The position numbers and the translations under genes were made by a program. The notes below the pieces were generated by a model. It saw nothing but the letters and a program-made list of their open reading frames with translations, searched no databases and was not told where the DNA came from. A stretch of DNA of 32,000 nucleotides, taken from the NCBI RefSeq assembly GCF_009734345.1, contig NZ_CP032551.1, positions 300,001-332,000 of the forward strand, in the 5' to 3' direction. The stretch comes from Pseudidiomarina andamanensis. GTDB taxonomy: Bacteria > Pseudomonadota > Gammaproteobacteria > Enterobacterales > Alteromonadaceae. Shown in pieces: positions 19,664 to 27,160 of the stretch. Positions within the stretch are counted from its first letter, which is position 1. Each line of letters opens with the position of its first letter.

Positions 19664-20775
19664 CCTCGTGCTTTAAAAATAACGAATTTACTATTCTGTG
19701 CAACTTGGTGCACCGACTTAAATAAGCGTTTTAGCGGTTGATAATACGGTAGATGACGGTTCGCCACTACCCACAACTCGCCATTTTTACGTAAAACTCG
19801 CCGACTATCTTTGAACATTTGTCGCGCAATATGCTCGGTAACGGCATGTTCTTGATGAAACGGTGGGTTACAGAGAATTAAATCGGCGCTATCTGTGGCT
19901 TGATGCGACAAACAGTCGTCAACTTCAAACTCATAAAGTGGCAAAAGCGATTCAGGCAAGTTGCTGACGATATTGCGGTGCGTTGACGCAATCGCTAAAT
20001 AGGATTCATCCACAAAAGTGACGTGGCTAGTAGGCGACAATCGCGCATACTGCAACCCCAACACACCATTCCCGCAGCCTAAATCAATCACTTTTTCCGC
20101 CCCAACTGGCGGCATATTATCAAGCATAAAGCGTGCGCCGATATCGAGTTGATTGCGCGCGAATACACCCGCATGATGGTGCAAAGTAAGATTGAATTCA
20201 GGCACATCCCATGAGCTCATGAAACGCCCTTGATCAAGCGCAACTGAACGAGTCACAGTTTGAATGGTTCGACACTTTCTACGGATAAGTGAAACGTTGA
20301 GATGATCACAATAATGTGAGAATAGCTCGCGTACAGCTGGGGTAATCAGCTTACTCTTCGCCGCCGCAAAAATCGGTGTCCCGGCCGGCAACTCAGCGGC
20401 TAGTTTTGCTAATTGAAATTCGAGTAAACTTAGACTCTTCGGAATTTTTAAATACACCACATCACGATCGTCCGGCAACGGGTCAAGTGGCGCAAGTGCA
20501 GTTAACGTATCCGGCAGCTGATTGAGTTGAAGGTTATGCCGCCATCCACAATGGCTCACATACGAGTCACTTTGACTGGCCACATCAAGCCCAGCAAATG
20601 GCATTAACAATGCACCCCATTGATCATTTATCAATAATGGACGCTGATCGTCACGTTCAATAATCAGTTCGTGCAGTAATTCATCCGCCGCTTCCCAGGC
20701 TTGTAGTGTGTCGTGGGAGCGGACGGGATAGCGTTGAAGCTGCCATGTGCCAGCGGCACTTGTTAGTAAAGTCAT
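19660..20775 (-). CDS. rlmG: 23S rRNA (guanine1835-N2)-methyltransferase RlmG
   Basis: Colinear with E. coli RlmG/YgjO along the whole length (LQAWEAADE, DIGARFM, DLGCGNGVLGL, CNPPFHQ, NGELWVVANRHL, NSKFVIFKA). ATGA overlap with ppiA. Confidence 0.85.
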   Translation of the reverse strand: MTLLTSAAGTWQLQRYPVRSHDTLQAWEAADELLHELIIERDDQRPLLINDQWGALLMPFAGLDVASQSDSYVSHCGWRHNLQLNQLPDTLTALAPLDPLPDDRDVVYLKIPKSLSLLEFQLAKLAAELPAGTPIFAAAKSKLITPAVRELFSHYCDHLNVSLIRRKCRTIQTVTRSVALDQGRFMSSWDVPEFNLTLHHHAGVFARNQLDIGARFMLDNMPPVGAEKVIDLGCGNGVLGLQYARLSPTSHVTFVDESYLAIASTHRNIVSNLPESLLPLYEFEVDDCLSHQATDSADLILCNPPFHQEHAVTEHIARQMFKDSRRVLRKNGELWVVANRHLPYYQPLKRLFKSVHQVAQNSKFVIFKARG

Positions 20776-20781
20776 AAGCTC

Positions 20782-20936
20782 TTAATTCGTTAATCGTTAT
20801 TCGTTATTCGTTGTTCGTTAATTAAGGATGAAAACGAGTAACCAAAACATACGCATCGAAAAGTGTGTAAATCTAAATTCGTACTATCGAGCGAGCCTAA
20901 CCCACGAATAACTAATAACGAGTAACGAATAACGCG
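20782..20936. repeat. Intergenic heptamer-array inverted repeat (family copy 2)
   Basis: Left arm ttaattcgttaatcgttattcgttattcgttgttcgttaattaagg (20782-20827). Right arm cccacgaataactaataacgagtaacgaataacgcg (20901-20936). About 70 bp of unique core separates them. It lies between divergent rlmG and the fabH-like gene. Confidence 0.8.
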
Positions 20937-20973
20937 GTTATCAATGGTCGGACATTTCACTCGGTAACATTCG

Positions 20974-20982
20974 TGCTATGAT
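20974..20982 (+). promoter_or_regulatory. Candidate extended -10 element (TGcTATGAT) for the fabH-like gene
   Basis: tgctatgat lies 38 nt upstream of the GTG start at 21020. The -35 is weak (tttcac). Hexamer match only. Confidence 0.25.
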
Positions 20983-21019
20983 AGCGAAAAACGACAGATG
21001 ACTATATAGGTTTTAACTC

Positions 21020-22111
21020 GTGAAAAAATACGCAGAAATTACCGGTTGGGGAAAATGTTTACCACCAGCTGTGATGACCAATGATGACTTGGCTACTTTT
21101 TTAGATACCTCCGATGAATGGATCCGTACCCGTACGGGTATCGAGGAGCGTCGCGTCAGTGCTGTTGGTACTTCAAAAATGGCGACCGTGGCGGCGCGAA
21201 ATGCGCTGGCAGCTGCAGGCCTAGATGCCGAAGAACTTGATTTGATTCTAGTGGGTACTTGTACGCCGGATGAAATTATTCCAAACGTCGCTTCTGCAGT
21301 ACAACGTGATTTAGGTAACAAAACCGCTGCCGCGTTCGACTTAAACGCAGCATGTAGCAGCTTTTTATATGGCATGCATTATGCGACTCAAGCGATTCGC
21401 ACTGGCGCCCATAAAAAAGTTTTGATTATCGGCGCTGAGCGCCTGACGCGAATTCTAGATTGGACTAAACGTGAGAGTGCTGTGCTGTTTGGTGATGGCG
21501 CTGGCGCAATGATCCTAGAAGCAAGTGATGTCGAAAGCGGGTTGTTAGCTTCGCACGTTACTTGTGATGCTGATGCGCGTGATGTCCTTGCGCTCGAGTT
21601 TGGCATGAGCTTTGACCGCTTTGGTTTCGACGGCATTATGCCGTTTAACTTCGTTGGCCAAGAGATTTTCAAGCGCGCGGTAAAAGGTATGAACACCGCT
21701 GTTGAAAAAGTTTTTGCAGAAACCGGCCTAACAACTGATGACATCGATTCGTTAATTCCACACCAAGCGAATAAACGCTTGATCGATTATCTTGCGAAAA
21801 TGTGTAAGGTGCCGGAAGAGAAGACGGTCATTAACATTCAAAAATACGGCAACACGTCATCTGCAACATTACCTATTGCGTTTTGTGAAGCGGTAGAGCA
21901 GGGGATTGTGAAACCTGGTGACACGATTGTGTCGGCGGTATTTGGCGGTGGCTTAACTTGTGGTGCTGGCATCATTAAATGGGGCCAACGCGTAACACCT
22001 ATCCGTGACAACAATGAAACCTTGCCAAGTCAGGGTAAAACGGCGCTTGACCTCATTTTGCCACTGTATGAAGGTACCAAAGCAGCTTGGGAAAAACGCG
22101 GCAATGAGTAA
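21020..22111 (+). CDS. FabH-like 3-oxoacyl-ACP synthase III with a ~40 aa C-terminal extension
   Basis: GTG start. The KAS III catalytic triad context is present: NAACSSFLYG (Cys), IPHQANKRL (His), and YGNTSSATLP (Asn). At 363 aa it is longer than the ~317 aa I recall for canonical FabH. Confidence 0.85.
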   Translation: MKKYAEITGWGKCLPPAVMTNDDLATFLDTSDEWIRTRTGIEERRVSAVGTSKMATVAARNALAAAGLDAEELDLILVGTCTPDEIIPNVASAVQRDLGNKTAAAFDLNAACSSFLYGMHYATQAIRTGAHKKVLIIGAERLTRILDWTKRESAVLFGDGAGAMILEASDVESGLLASHVTCDADARDVLALEFGMSFDRFGFDGIMPFNFVGQEIFKRAVKGMNTAVEKVFAETGLTTDDIDSLIPHQANKRLIDYLAKMCKVPEEKTVINIQKYGNTSSATLPIAFCEAVEQGIVKPGDTIVSAVFGGGLTCGAGIIKWGQRVTPIRDNNETLPSQGKTALDLILPLYEGTKAAWEKRGNE

Positions 22112-22850
22112 TTTGGTGAAAGAAGAAGTTCGTCATAACGTTTTATGGTTAACTTTAGCACGCCCAGAGAAAAAGAATGCGTTGACGCAAGACATGTATA
22201 CCGCATTAAGTTCAGCTCTCCAGGCTGCTGACCGTGATAGTAAAATAGCGGCTGTTGTATTAACCGGCGAAGGTGACAGCTTTACCGCGGGTAATGATTT
22301 GAACGACTTTTTAGCTATCGAAGAGTTAGACGATAGCGCGCCGCCTTTTGAGTTTCTCTATACCTTAAGTCGACTCAGTGTACCGTTAGTCGCAGGTGTC
22401 AATGGTCTGGCAATCGGCATTGGGACAACCATATTGCTGCATTGTGATTTAGTCTATGCCAGCAACGACGCCGTATTTGCGCTGCCATTTATCAATTTAG
22501 GTTTAGTTCCTGAAGCAGCTTCAAGTTTATTGCTTCCACAACAATGTGGTCACTTGAAAGCATCCGAGTTATTGCTGCTAGGCGATAACTTTGATGCACA
22601 TGCGGCACTAAGCTATGGGTTAGTAAACAAAGTCGTGGCACCAGACGAGCTGCAAGATACGCTGGAGCAAGTTGCTTTAGCTTTGGCAAGCAAACCACAT
22701 GGTGGCTTACGTGCCGCGAAGAAATTGATTAAACAACCGGCTGAACCGGTTGCAGATAGAATTGAACGCGAAGCGAAGATATTTGCGCGTGCGTTGAGTT
22801 CTGAAGCTGCTCGCCAAGCCATAAAAGACCGCCTAAATAAAAAGAAATAG
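22104..22850 (+). CDS. Enoyl-CoA hydratase/isomerase (crotonase) family protein
   Basis: MSNLVKEEVRHNVLWLTLARPEKKNALT..LTGEGDSFTAGNDL..AGVNGLAIGIGTTILLHCDLVYA is a crotonase-fold signature. I chose the start at M34 of the tracked ORF, which overlaps the fabH-like stop by 8 nt. Confidence 0.88.
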   Translation: MSNLVKEEVRHNVLWLTLARPEKKNALTQDMYTALSSALQAADRDSKIAAVVLTGEGDSFTAGNDLNDFLAIEELDDSAPPFEFLYTLSRLSVPLVAGVNGLAIGIGTTILLHCDLVYASNDAVFALPFINLGLVPEAASSLLLPQQCGHLKASELLLLGDNFDAHAALSYGLVNKVVAPDELQDTLEQVALALASKPHGGLRAAKKLIKQPAEPVADRIEREAKIFARALSSEAARQAIKDRLNKKK

Positions 22851-22890
22851 TCAAAAGTGCTTAATTTCTCAGCAGTCAGCTGTACTTGCC

Positions 22891-22919
22891 TTGCGAGTGC
22901 ACTGGCTTTGAGGGATAAT
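22891..22919 (+). promoter_or_regulatory. Candidate sigma70 promoter for ffs
   Basis: TTGCGA (22891-22896), 17 bp spacer, GATAAT (22914-22919), placed just upstream of the SRP RNA. Confidence 0.5.
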
Positions 22920-22931
22920 GCCCGCCGTTAT

Positions 22932-23046
22932 GGTGACCTCATTGGTCCCCCCGCAACACGAACTGGCGAACCCGGTCAGGCCCGGAAGGGAGCAGCCGTA
23001 GTCAGGGATGTGGGTGCCGGGGTGCTGGCTGGTGAGGTCGCCACCC
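22932..23046 (+). ncRNA. ffs: Signal recognition particle 4.5S RNA
   Basis: ggtgacctcattggtcccccgcaacacgaactggcgaacccGGTCAGGcCCGGAAGGgAGCAGCCgtagtcagggatgtgGGTGCCGGGgtgctggctggtgaggtcgCCACCC. It is colinear with E. coli 4.5S RNA, including the conserved domain IV loop (GGTCAGGTCCGGAAGGAAGCAGCC). The 5' end ggtgacctc pairs with the 3' end gaggtcgcc, and the sequence ends in CCACCC. Confidence 0.93.
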
Positions 23047-23062
23047 AATCATCTTCCAAAAG

Positions 23063-23237
23063 CGTAATTCGTGCGCTTCGCTGTTCGTCCGTTCACTTCG
23101 TTCTTTGTTCGTTCGCTGCGCTTTTCGTGAAAAGCGTTACTCGTTATTCGATCGCTTTGCTTGTCGTTATTGGAAAAAACAGACACACTAAAGCAAAGGC
23201 GTTACTCGAATAACGAATAACGATTAACGAACAACGA
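23063..23237. repeat. Intergenic heptamer-array inverted repeat (family copy 3, left arm degenerate)
   Basis: The right arm gcgttactcgaataacgaataacgattaacgaacaacgag (23199-23237) faces a long degenerate CGTT-rich left arm (23063-23172). The reverse complement of 23134-23172 (ccaataacgacaagcaaagcgatcgaataacgagtaacgc) matches copy 1 (aataacgacaag..gcga..gatcgaataacgaataacg), so the core is in the opposite orientation to copy 1. Confidence 0.75.
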
Positions 23238-23246
23238 GATTTCCCC

Positions 23247-24341
23247 ATGCCGAAGAATGTAAAGCCGGTTTATTACGGCGACTACTTGCAACTTGATAAA
23301 CTCCTAGATTCTCAAGAACCACACAGCAAAATGTATGGGCCAGAAGCCCATGATGAGATGCTATTTATAATTGTCCATCAGGTGTATGAGCTTTGGTTTA
23401 AGCAAGTTCTGCATGAACTGCGCGCTATTTATAAAGAGTTTCGTGCGGAGCAGCTTGATGATCGCGCGCTGCAATTGGTTGCGCATCGCTTGCGTCGTGT
23501 ACTAACCATTCAAGATTTGATGAACGACCAAGTAGGAGTCATTGAAACGATGACGCCACAGGAGTTTTTGGAGTTTCGAGATTACCTTGTTCCAGCCTCG
23601 GGTTTTCAAAGTATTCAATTCAAAGAGCTCGAGATAATGCTGGGATTGACCCGTGATACGCGTATTGCGTTTGATCAGCAATCGTTTTATAACCGCCTTA
23701 ACGATGACCATCGCGCTTATTTAGAAGAGCTGGAAACGCAACCGAGCTTGTTTGATTGCGTCGATCAGTGGCTAGCTCGTATGCCGTTTTTGCAATTTGA
23801 CGACTTTAGTTTCTGGGATGTTTATCAGCAAGCTGTGCAAAATTCATTAGATAGAGATGAAGAAATTATTCGGCAGAATGCCGCTGATGACTCTCAATTG
23901 GAGACAGAATTAGCGAGTTTACAATTAAATCGGGACAATTTTTTGGCGCTATTTGATAACGAACGTTATAAATCGTTACAGGAAGATAACCGCGTCCGAC
24001 TATCGCAAAGAGCGATGCTCAGTGCACTGTTTATTACACAGTATCGCGAGGAACCAGCATTTCATCTTGCCCATCAAGTCATTACGTCGTTGGCTGAAAT
24101 GGATGAGAAGCTAACAATTTGGCGATATAAACATGCAATGATGGTGCAACGAATGCTTGGTACGAAAATTGGAACGGGTGGTTCGTCGGGCCATGATTAT
24201 TTGCGTCGTACCACAGAACAAAATAGAGTGTTCAAAGACTTCTTCGCGATGGCCACTTACTTACTGCCTAAAAGTGCGTTACCAGAACTTCCACTGGCGG
24301 TTCGGCAAGCGCTCGGTTTCTACTTTCGACATGATAAGTAA
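23247..24341 (+). CDS. kynA: Tryptophan 2,3-dioxygenase
   Basis: YYGDYLQLDKLLDSQ near the N-terminus. The proximal heme-His region WRYKHAMMVQRMLGTKIGTGGSSGHDYL is typical of TDO. Confidence 0.88.
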   Translation: MPKNVKPVYYGDYLQLDKLLDSQEPHSKMYGPEAHDEMLFIIVHQVYELWFKQVLHELRAIYKEFRAEQLDDRALQLVAHRLRRVLTIQDLMNDQVGVIETMTPQEFLEFRDYLVPASGFQSIQFKELEIMLGLTRDTRIAFDQQSFYNRLNDDHRAYLEELETQPSLFDCVDQWLARMPFLQFDDFSFWDVYQQAVQNSLDRDEEIIRQNAADDSQLETELASLQLNRDNFLALFDNERYKSLQEDNRVRLSQRAMLSALFITQYREEPAFHLAHQVITSLAEMDEKLTIWRYKHAMMVQRMLGTKIGTGGSSGHDYLRRTTEQNRVFKDFFAMATYLLPKSALPELPLAVRQALGFYFRHDK

Positions 24342-24342
24342 G

Positions 24343-24645
24343 TTAGCGGCGTTGCTCCATCCAGCGCAGCGCTTGGTGTAGCGCACTGAGCTGATGTGCT
24401 AGGCGTTCTGACAACCACTGGCTACGGCTGGTGGTTGTTGCATTTAGGAGGCTACTCAGGTTTTGCCGTACTTCCTTTATATAAGCTTGAGGCTCATTAG
24501 CATCTTGACTAAACAGTTGCGCATCAAACCAATCGGAAAAACTCTCCTCACTAATGTTCAATTGCGAAATACGCCTCTCTAAAGCATTAATTTCTGTTTC
24601 TAAGCGCAGGCGTAGTTGATCGCTAATAACGGTTTGACTAGACAT
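24343..24645 (-). CDS. Small hypothetical protein with similarity to the N-terminal half of primosomal protein PriC
   Basis: 100 aa. DWFDAQLFSQ..PQAYIKEVRQNLSSL..SQWLSERLAHQLSAL parallels E. coli PriC ARFDRHLFQT..LQACLDEAGDNLAAL..VAWLAEHLAAQLEAI. It is only about 60 percent of the ~175 aa I recall for PriC. The functional call is tentative. Confidence 0.4.
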   Translation of the reverse strand: MSSQTVISDQLRLRLETEINALERRISQLNISEESFSDWFDAQLFSQDANEPQAYIKEVRQNLSSLLNATTTSRSQWLSERLAHQLSALHQALRWMEQRR

Positions 24646-25015
24646 GCAGAAGCATTATTCCTAAAGTTAAAGTATCTAACTGATTGATGCTTGAGTCTAA
24701 CGTAAATTAATGAAGTACAAAATAAAGATTTTTGTGTCATAATTTTACGGGTAATTATGCAGTTTAAATTACGTTTTATGCAGAAGTGTTAAGATGCTGT
24801 AAACGAGGTTTTATCTATATTTAGTGTGAATTTTAGCTGATATCCGTTGTTGACATCGCCGCGTCGATCGTGGGAGTATTGATGCATTATTACCGTAGGC
24901 TTTCTATCGGTAATAGCTGCAAGTGTTGATTAAACTCTTTTCGTCACTCAAATAACTGGGAGGCTGGCGACATTAGGTCGTTGAGCTTAAAGTTAAGTCA
25001 AATTGGTTGGGAACT

Positions 25016-25798
25016 ATGACCAAAGTAATCAATAAAAGCAAAGTTGCTGCAGCCCTTATCGGGATGTTCGCAATTGCAGGTAGCGCTAGCGCAGCTGCCC
25101 AAGACATTTCTACGTTGCAAAACGAAGAAGCAAAAACACATACTGCTGACAAACGGTCTCAGCAAAAAATCGATTCTTTGTTCGAGCAGAGCCAAGAGTT
25201 GTTATATGAGTACCGTGCCGTTGTAGACGAATACGAAAACTTAAAAGTCTACAATGATCACGTTCAGCGTCTCGTTGATGATCAGAATGCATCACTGGCT
25301 TCTCTACAGCGCCAGATCGACGGCATTGAAGCAACCAAGCAAGGCGTGGTTCCTTTAATGTACAACATGATCGACGCTTTGGAGCAGTTTGTGGAGCTGG
25401 ATCTTCCAATTCACAAAGAGCGTCGTATGGCTCGTGTTGAGCGTTTACGCGAAATCATGAGTGCTTCAAACGTAACGACCTCAGAACAGTTCCGTCAGAT
25501 TACTGAAGCTTATCAAGCTGAAATGGATTACGGTGCTGGTCTTATCGCATACGAAGGCAAGTTACAGTTCGAAGGCGAAGAAATCTCTGTTGACTTCTTC
25601 CACTTAGGACGTGCTGCTTTAATGGCTCAATCTTTGGACCTGAAAAACGGTTGGATTTACAACAAAGATACGGGCGCATGGGAAGCTCTTGATGATGCTT
25701 ACCTGGGCGCTTTGACCAAAGCAATTCGTATGGCGCGGAAGCAAACCGCCCCTGATCTGATTAAACTGCCTATCTATGCAGCGGAGCGTGCAGAATGA
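25016..25798 (+). CDS. DUF3450-family periplasmic coiled-coil protein (TtpB-like first gene of a TonB2-type operon)
   Basis: The signal peptide MTKVINKSKVAAALIGMFAIAGSASA is followed by a coiled-coil-rich region. It sits immediately upstream of, and ATGA-overlapped with, the TtpC-like gene, as in Vibrio TonB2 clusters. The tracked start at 25007 is a TTG, so I chose the ATG at 25016. Confidence 0.75.
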   Translation: MTKVINKSKVAAALIGMFAIAGSASAAAQDISTLQNEEAKTHTADKRSQQKIDSLFEQSQELLYEYRAVVDEYENLKVYNDHVQRLVDDQNASLASLQRQIDGIEATKQGVVPLMYNMIDALEQFVELDLPIHKERRMARVERLREIMSASNVTTSEQFRQITEAYQAEMDYGAGLIAYEGKLQFEGEEISVDFFHLGRAALMAQSLDLKNGWIYNKDTGAWEALDDAYLGALTKAIRMARKQTAPDLIKLPIYAAERAE

Positions 25799-27156
25799 AC
25801 AAACTAGTGAAATCTTTGCTGGTCGCAGCAGCATTCTCATTATCAGCTGGCGCGAGCTCTGCTTACGCGCAAGATGAAGCGAAATCACTAGACCAATTAC
25901 TTGAACTAGTGAAAGAAAACCGTGCAGCGTCTCAGCGTATCAACGCGCAGCGCGAAGCTGAGTTCACATCAGAGCGCGCTGACAAACAAGCATTGTTAAA
26001 CGATGCGAAGCGTCAGCTAGCAAACGAAAAAGCTCGCGGTGAGCGTTTGCAAGCGGAGTTCGCTGAAAACGAAATCGCACTTGCAAACAAAGAACAAGAG
26101 TTGCAAAACGCTCTTGGTACTTTGGGTGAAATCGTTGGTGTTGCGCGTGGTGCAGCTTCTGAAACTATCGGTCGTATCGCGACTTCAATCGTAAGCGCAC
26201 AGTATCCAGGTCGTGAAGACGTATTGGAAACTATCGCTGAAGCAAAAGAAGTTCCGACGATTGCTGAGCTTGAAGAGCTTTGGTTAGCATGGTTAACCGA
26301 AATGAAAGAGTCAGGCAAAGTTGTTACTTTCAACAGCGATGTGACATTACTTGATGGTTCAACTGAGAACCGTGACGTAACTCGTATCGGTGTGTTCAAC
26401 TTGATTTCTCAAGGCGAGTACTTCAACTACAACGACGCTGCTGAAGAAATTCAGCCATTGGGTCGTCAGCCAGAAGATTATGTATTGGCAACTGTTGAAG
26501 CGTTTGAAGAAACTGAAACTGGTTACGAAGGTTTATACATTGACCCAGCTCGTGGTCAAATTTTGAACCTTGCAACTCAGAAGGCAACACTTGAAGAGCG
26601 CTATCATCAAGGTGGCACAGTTGGTTATGTAATCACTGTAGCTCTTATTGTTGGTTTCTTGATTGCTATCTACAAGTTCATCACTTTAGGTATTGAAGGT
26701 GCGAAGATGCGCGCTCAGTTGAAAAATACTGCGAACCCATCTGACAAAAACGCACTTGGCCGTATCTTGAAAGTGTATCAAGAGAACAAAACTGCTGACA
26801 CTGAGAACCTTGAGTTGAAACTTGATGAAGCTATCTTGCGTGAAACGCCACGCATCGACAGCGGCGTTAACATCATCAAGATTTTGGCGGCTATCGCGCC
26901 ATTGTTAGGTCTCTTAGGTACAGTTGTTGGTATGATCGGTACCTTCCAATCAATTACCTTGTTTGGTACTGGTGATCCGAAAATCATGGCAGGCGACATC
27001 TCAATGGCGTTGGTTACTACCGCATTGGGTCTGATTGCTGCGTTGCCATTGATTCTTGTACACGCGATTGTGGCATCACGCGCCAAGTCTATTGTTCATG
27101 TATTAGATGAACAGGCTGCAGGTATCGTCGCCGCGCACGCGGAGAAGAAGGAGTAA
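25795..27156 (+). CDS. ttpC: TtpC-like large MotA/TolQ/ExbB-family proton-channel protein
   Basis: 453 aa. It has a signal peptide, a long periplasmic coiled-coil N-terminal domain and a C-terminal MotA/ExbB channel domain (APLLGLLGTVVGMIGTFQSI, ISMALVTTALGLIAALP). Confidence 0.8.
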   Translation: MNKLVKSLLVAAAFSLSAGASSAYAQDEAKSLDQLLELVKENRAASQRINAQREAEFTSERADKQALLNDAKRQLANEKARGERLQAEFAENEIALANKEQELQNALGTLGEIVGVARGAASETIGRIATSIVSAQYPGREDVLETIAEAKEVPTIAELEELWLAWLTEMKESGKVVTFNSDVTLLDGSTENRDVTRIGVFNLISQGEYFNYNDAAEEIQPLGRQPEDYVLATVEAFEETETGYEGLYIDPARGQILNLATQKATLEERYHQGGTVGYVITVALIVGFLIAIYKFITLGIEGAKMRAQLKNTANPSDKNALGRILKVYQENKTADTENLELKLDEAILRETPRIDSGVNIIKILAAIAPLLGLLGTVVGMIGTFQSITLFGTGDPKIMAGDISMALVTTALGLIAALPLILVHAIVASRAKSIVHVLDEQAAGIVAAHAEKKE

Positions 27157-27160
27157 TCCT

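Noticed and set aside
22005-22103. An upstream extension of the crotonase ORF (tracked start 22005).
   Set aside because: It lies entirely inside the 3' end of the fabH-like gene in another frame. The crotonase family N-terminus matches M34 (MSNLVKEEV), which is the ATG at 22104.
22857-23213. A 118 aa plus-strand ORF between the crotonase gene and kynA.
   Set aside because: It is fully explained by the 4.5S/SRP RNA gene (22932-23046) plus the heptamer repeat element. Its translation is low-complexity Ala/Arg/Gly and Ser/Phe-rich sequence.
24872-24895. A possible Fur box (gagtattgatgcattattaccg) overlapping the candidate TonB2 promoter.
   Set aside because: The match to the GATAATGATAATCATTATC consensus, or to the 7-1-7 TGATAAT-N-ATTATCA model, is poor without introducing a gap. 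It is not good enough to call by eye and would need a PWM scan.
27107-27160. An upstream extension of exbB (tracked start 27107).
   Set aside because: It overlaps the ttpC 3' end and encodes an Arg-rich non-homologous peptide. The ATG at 27161 has a GAAGGAG RBS and begins the conserved ExbB N-terminus.
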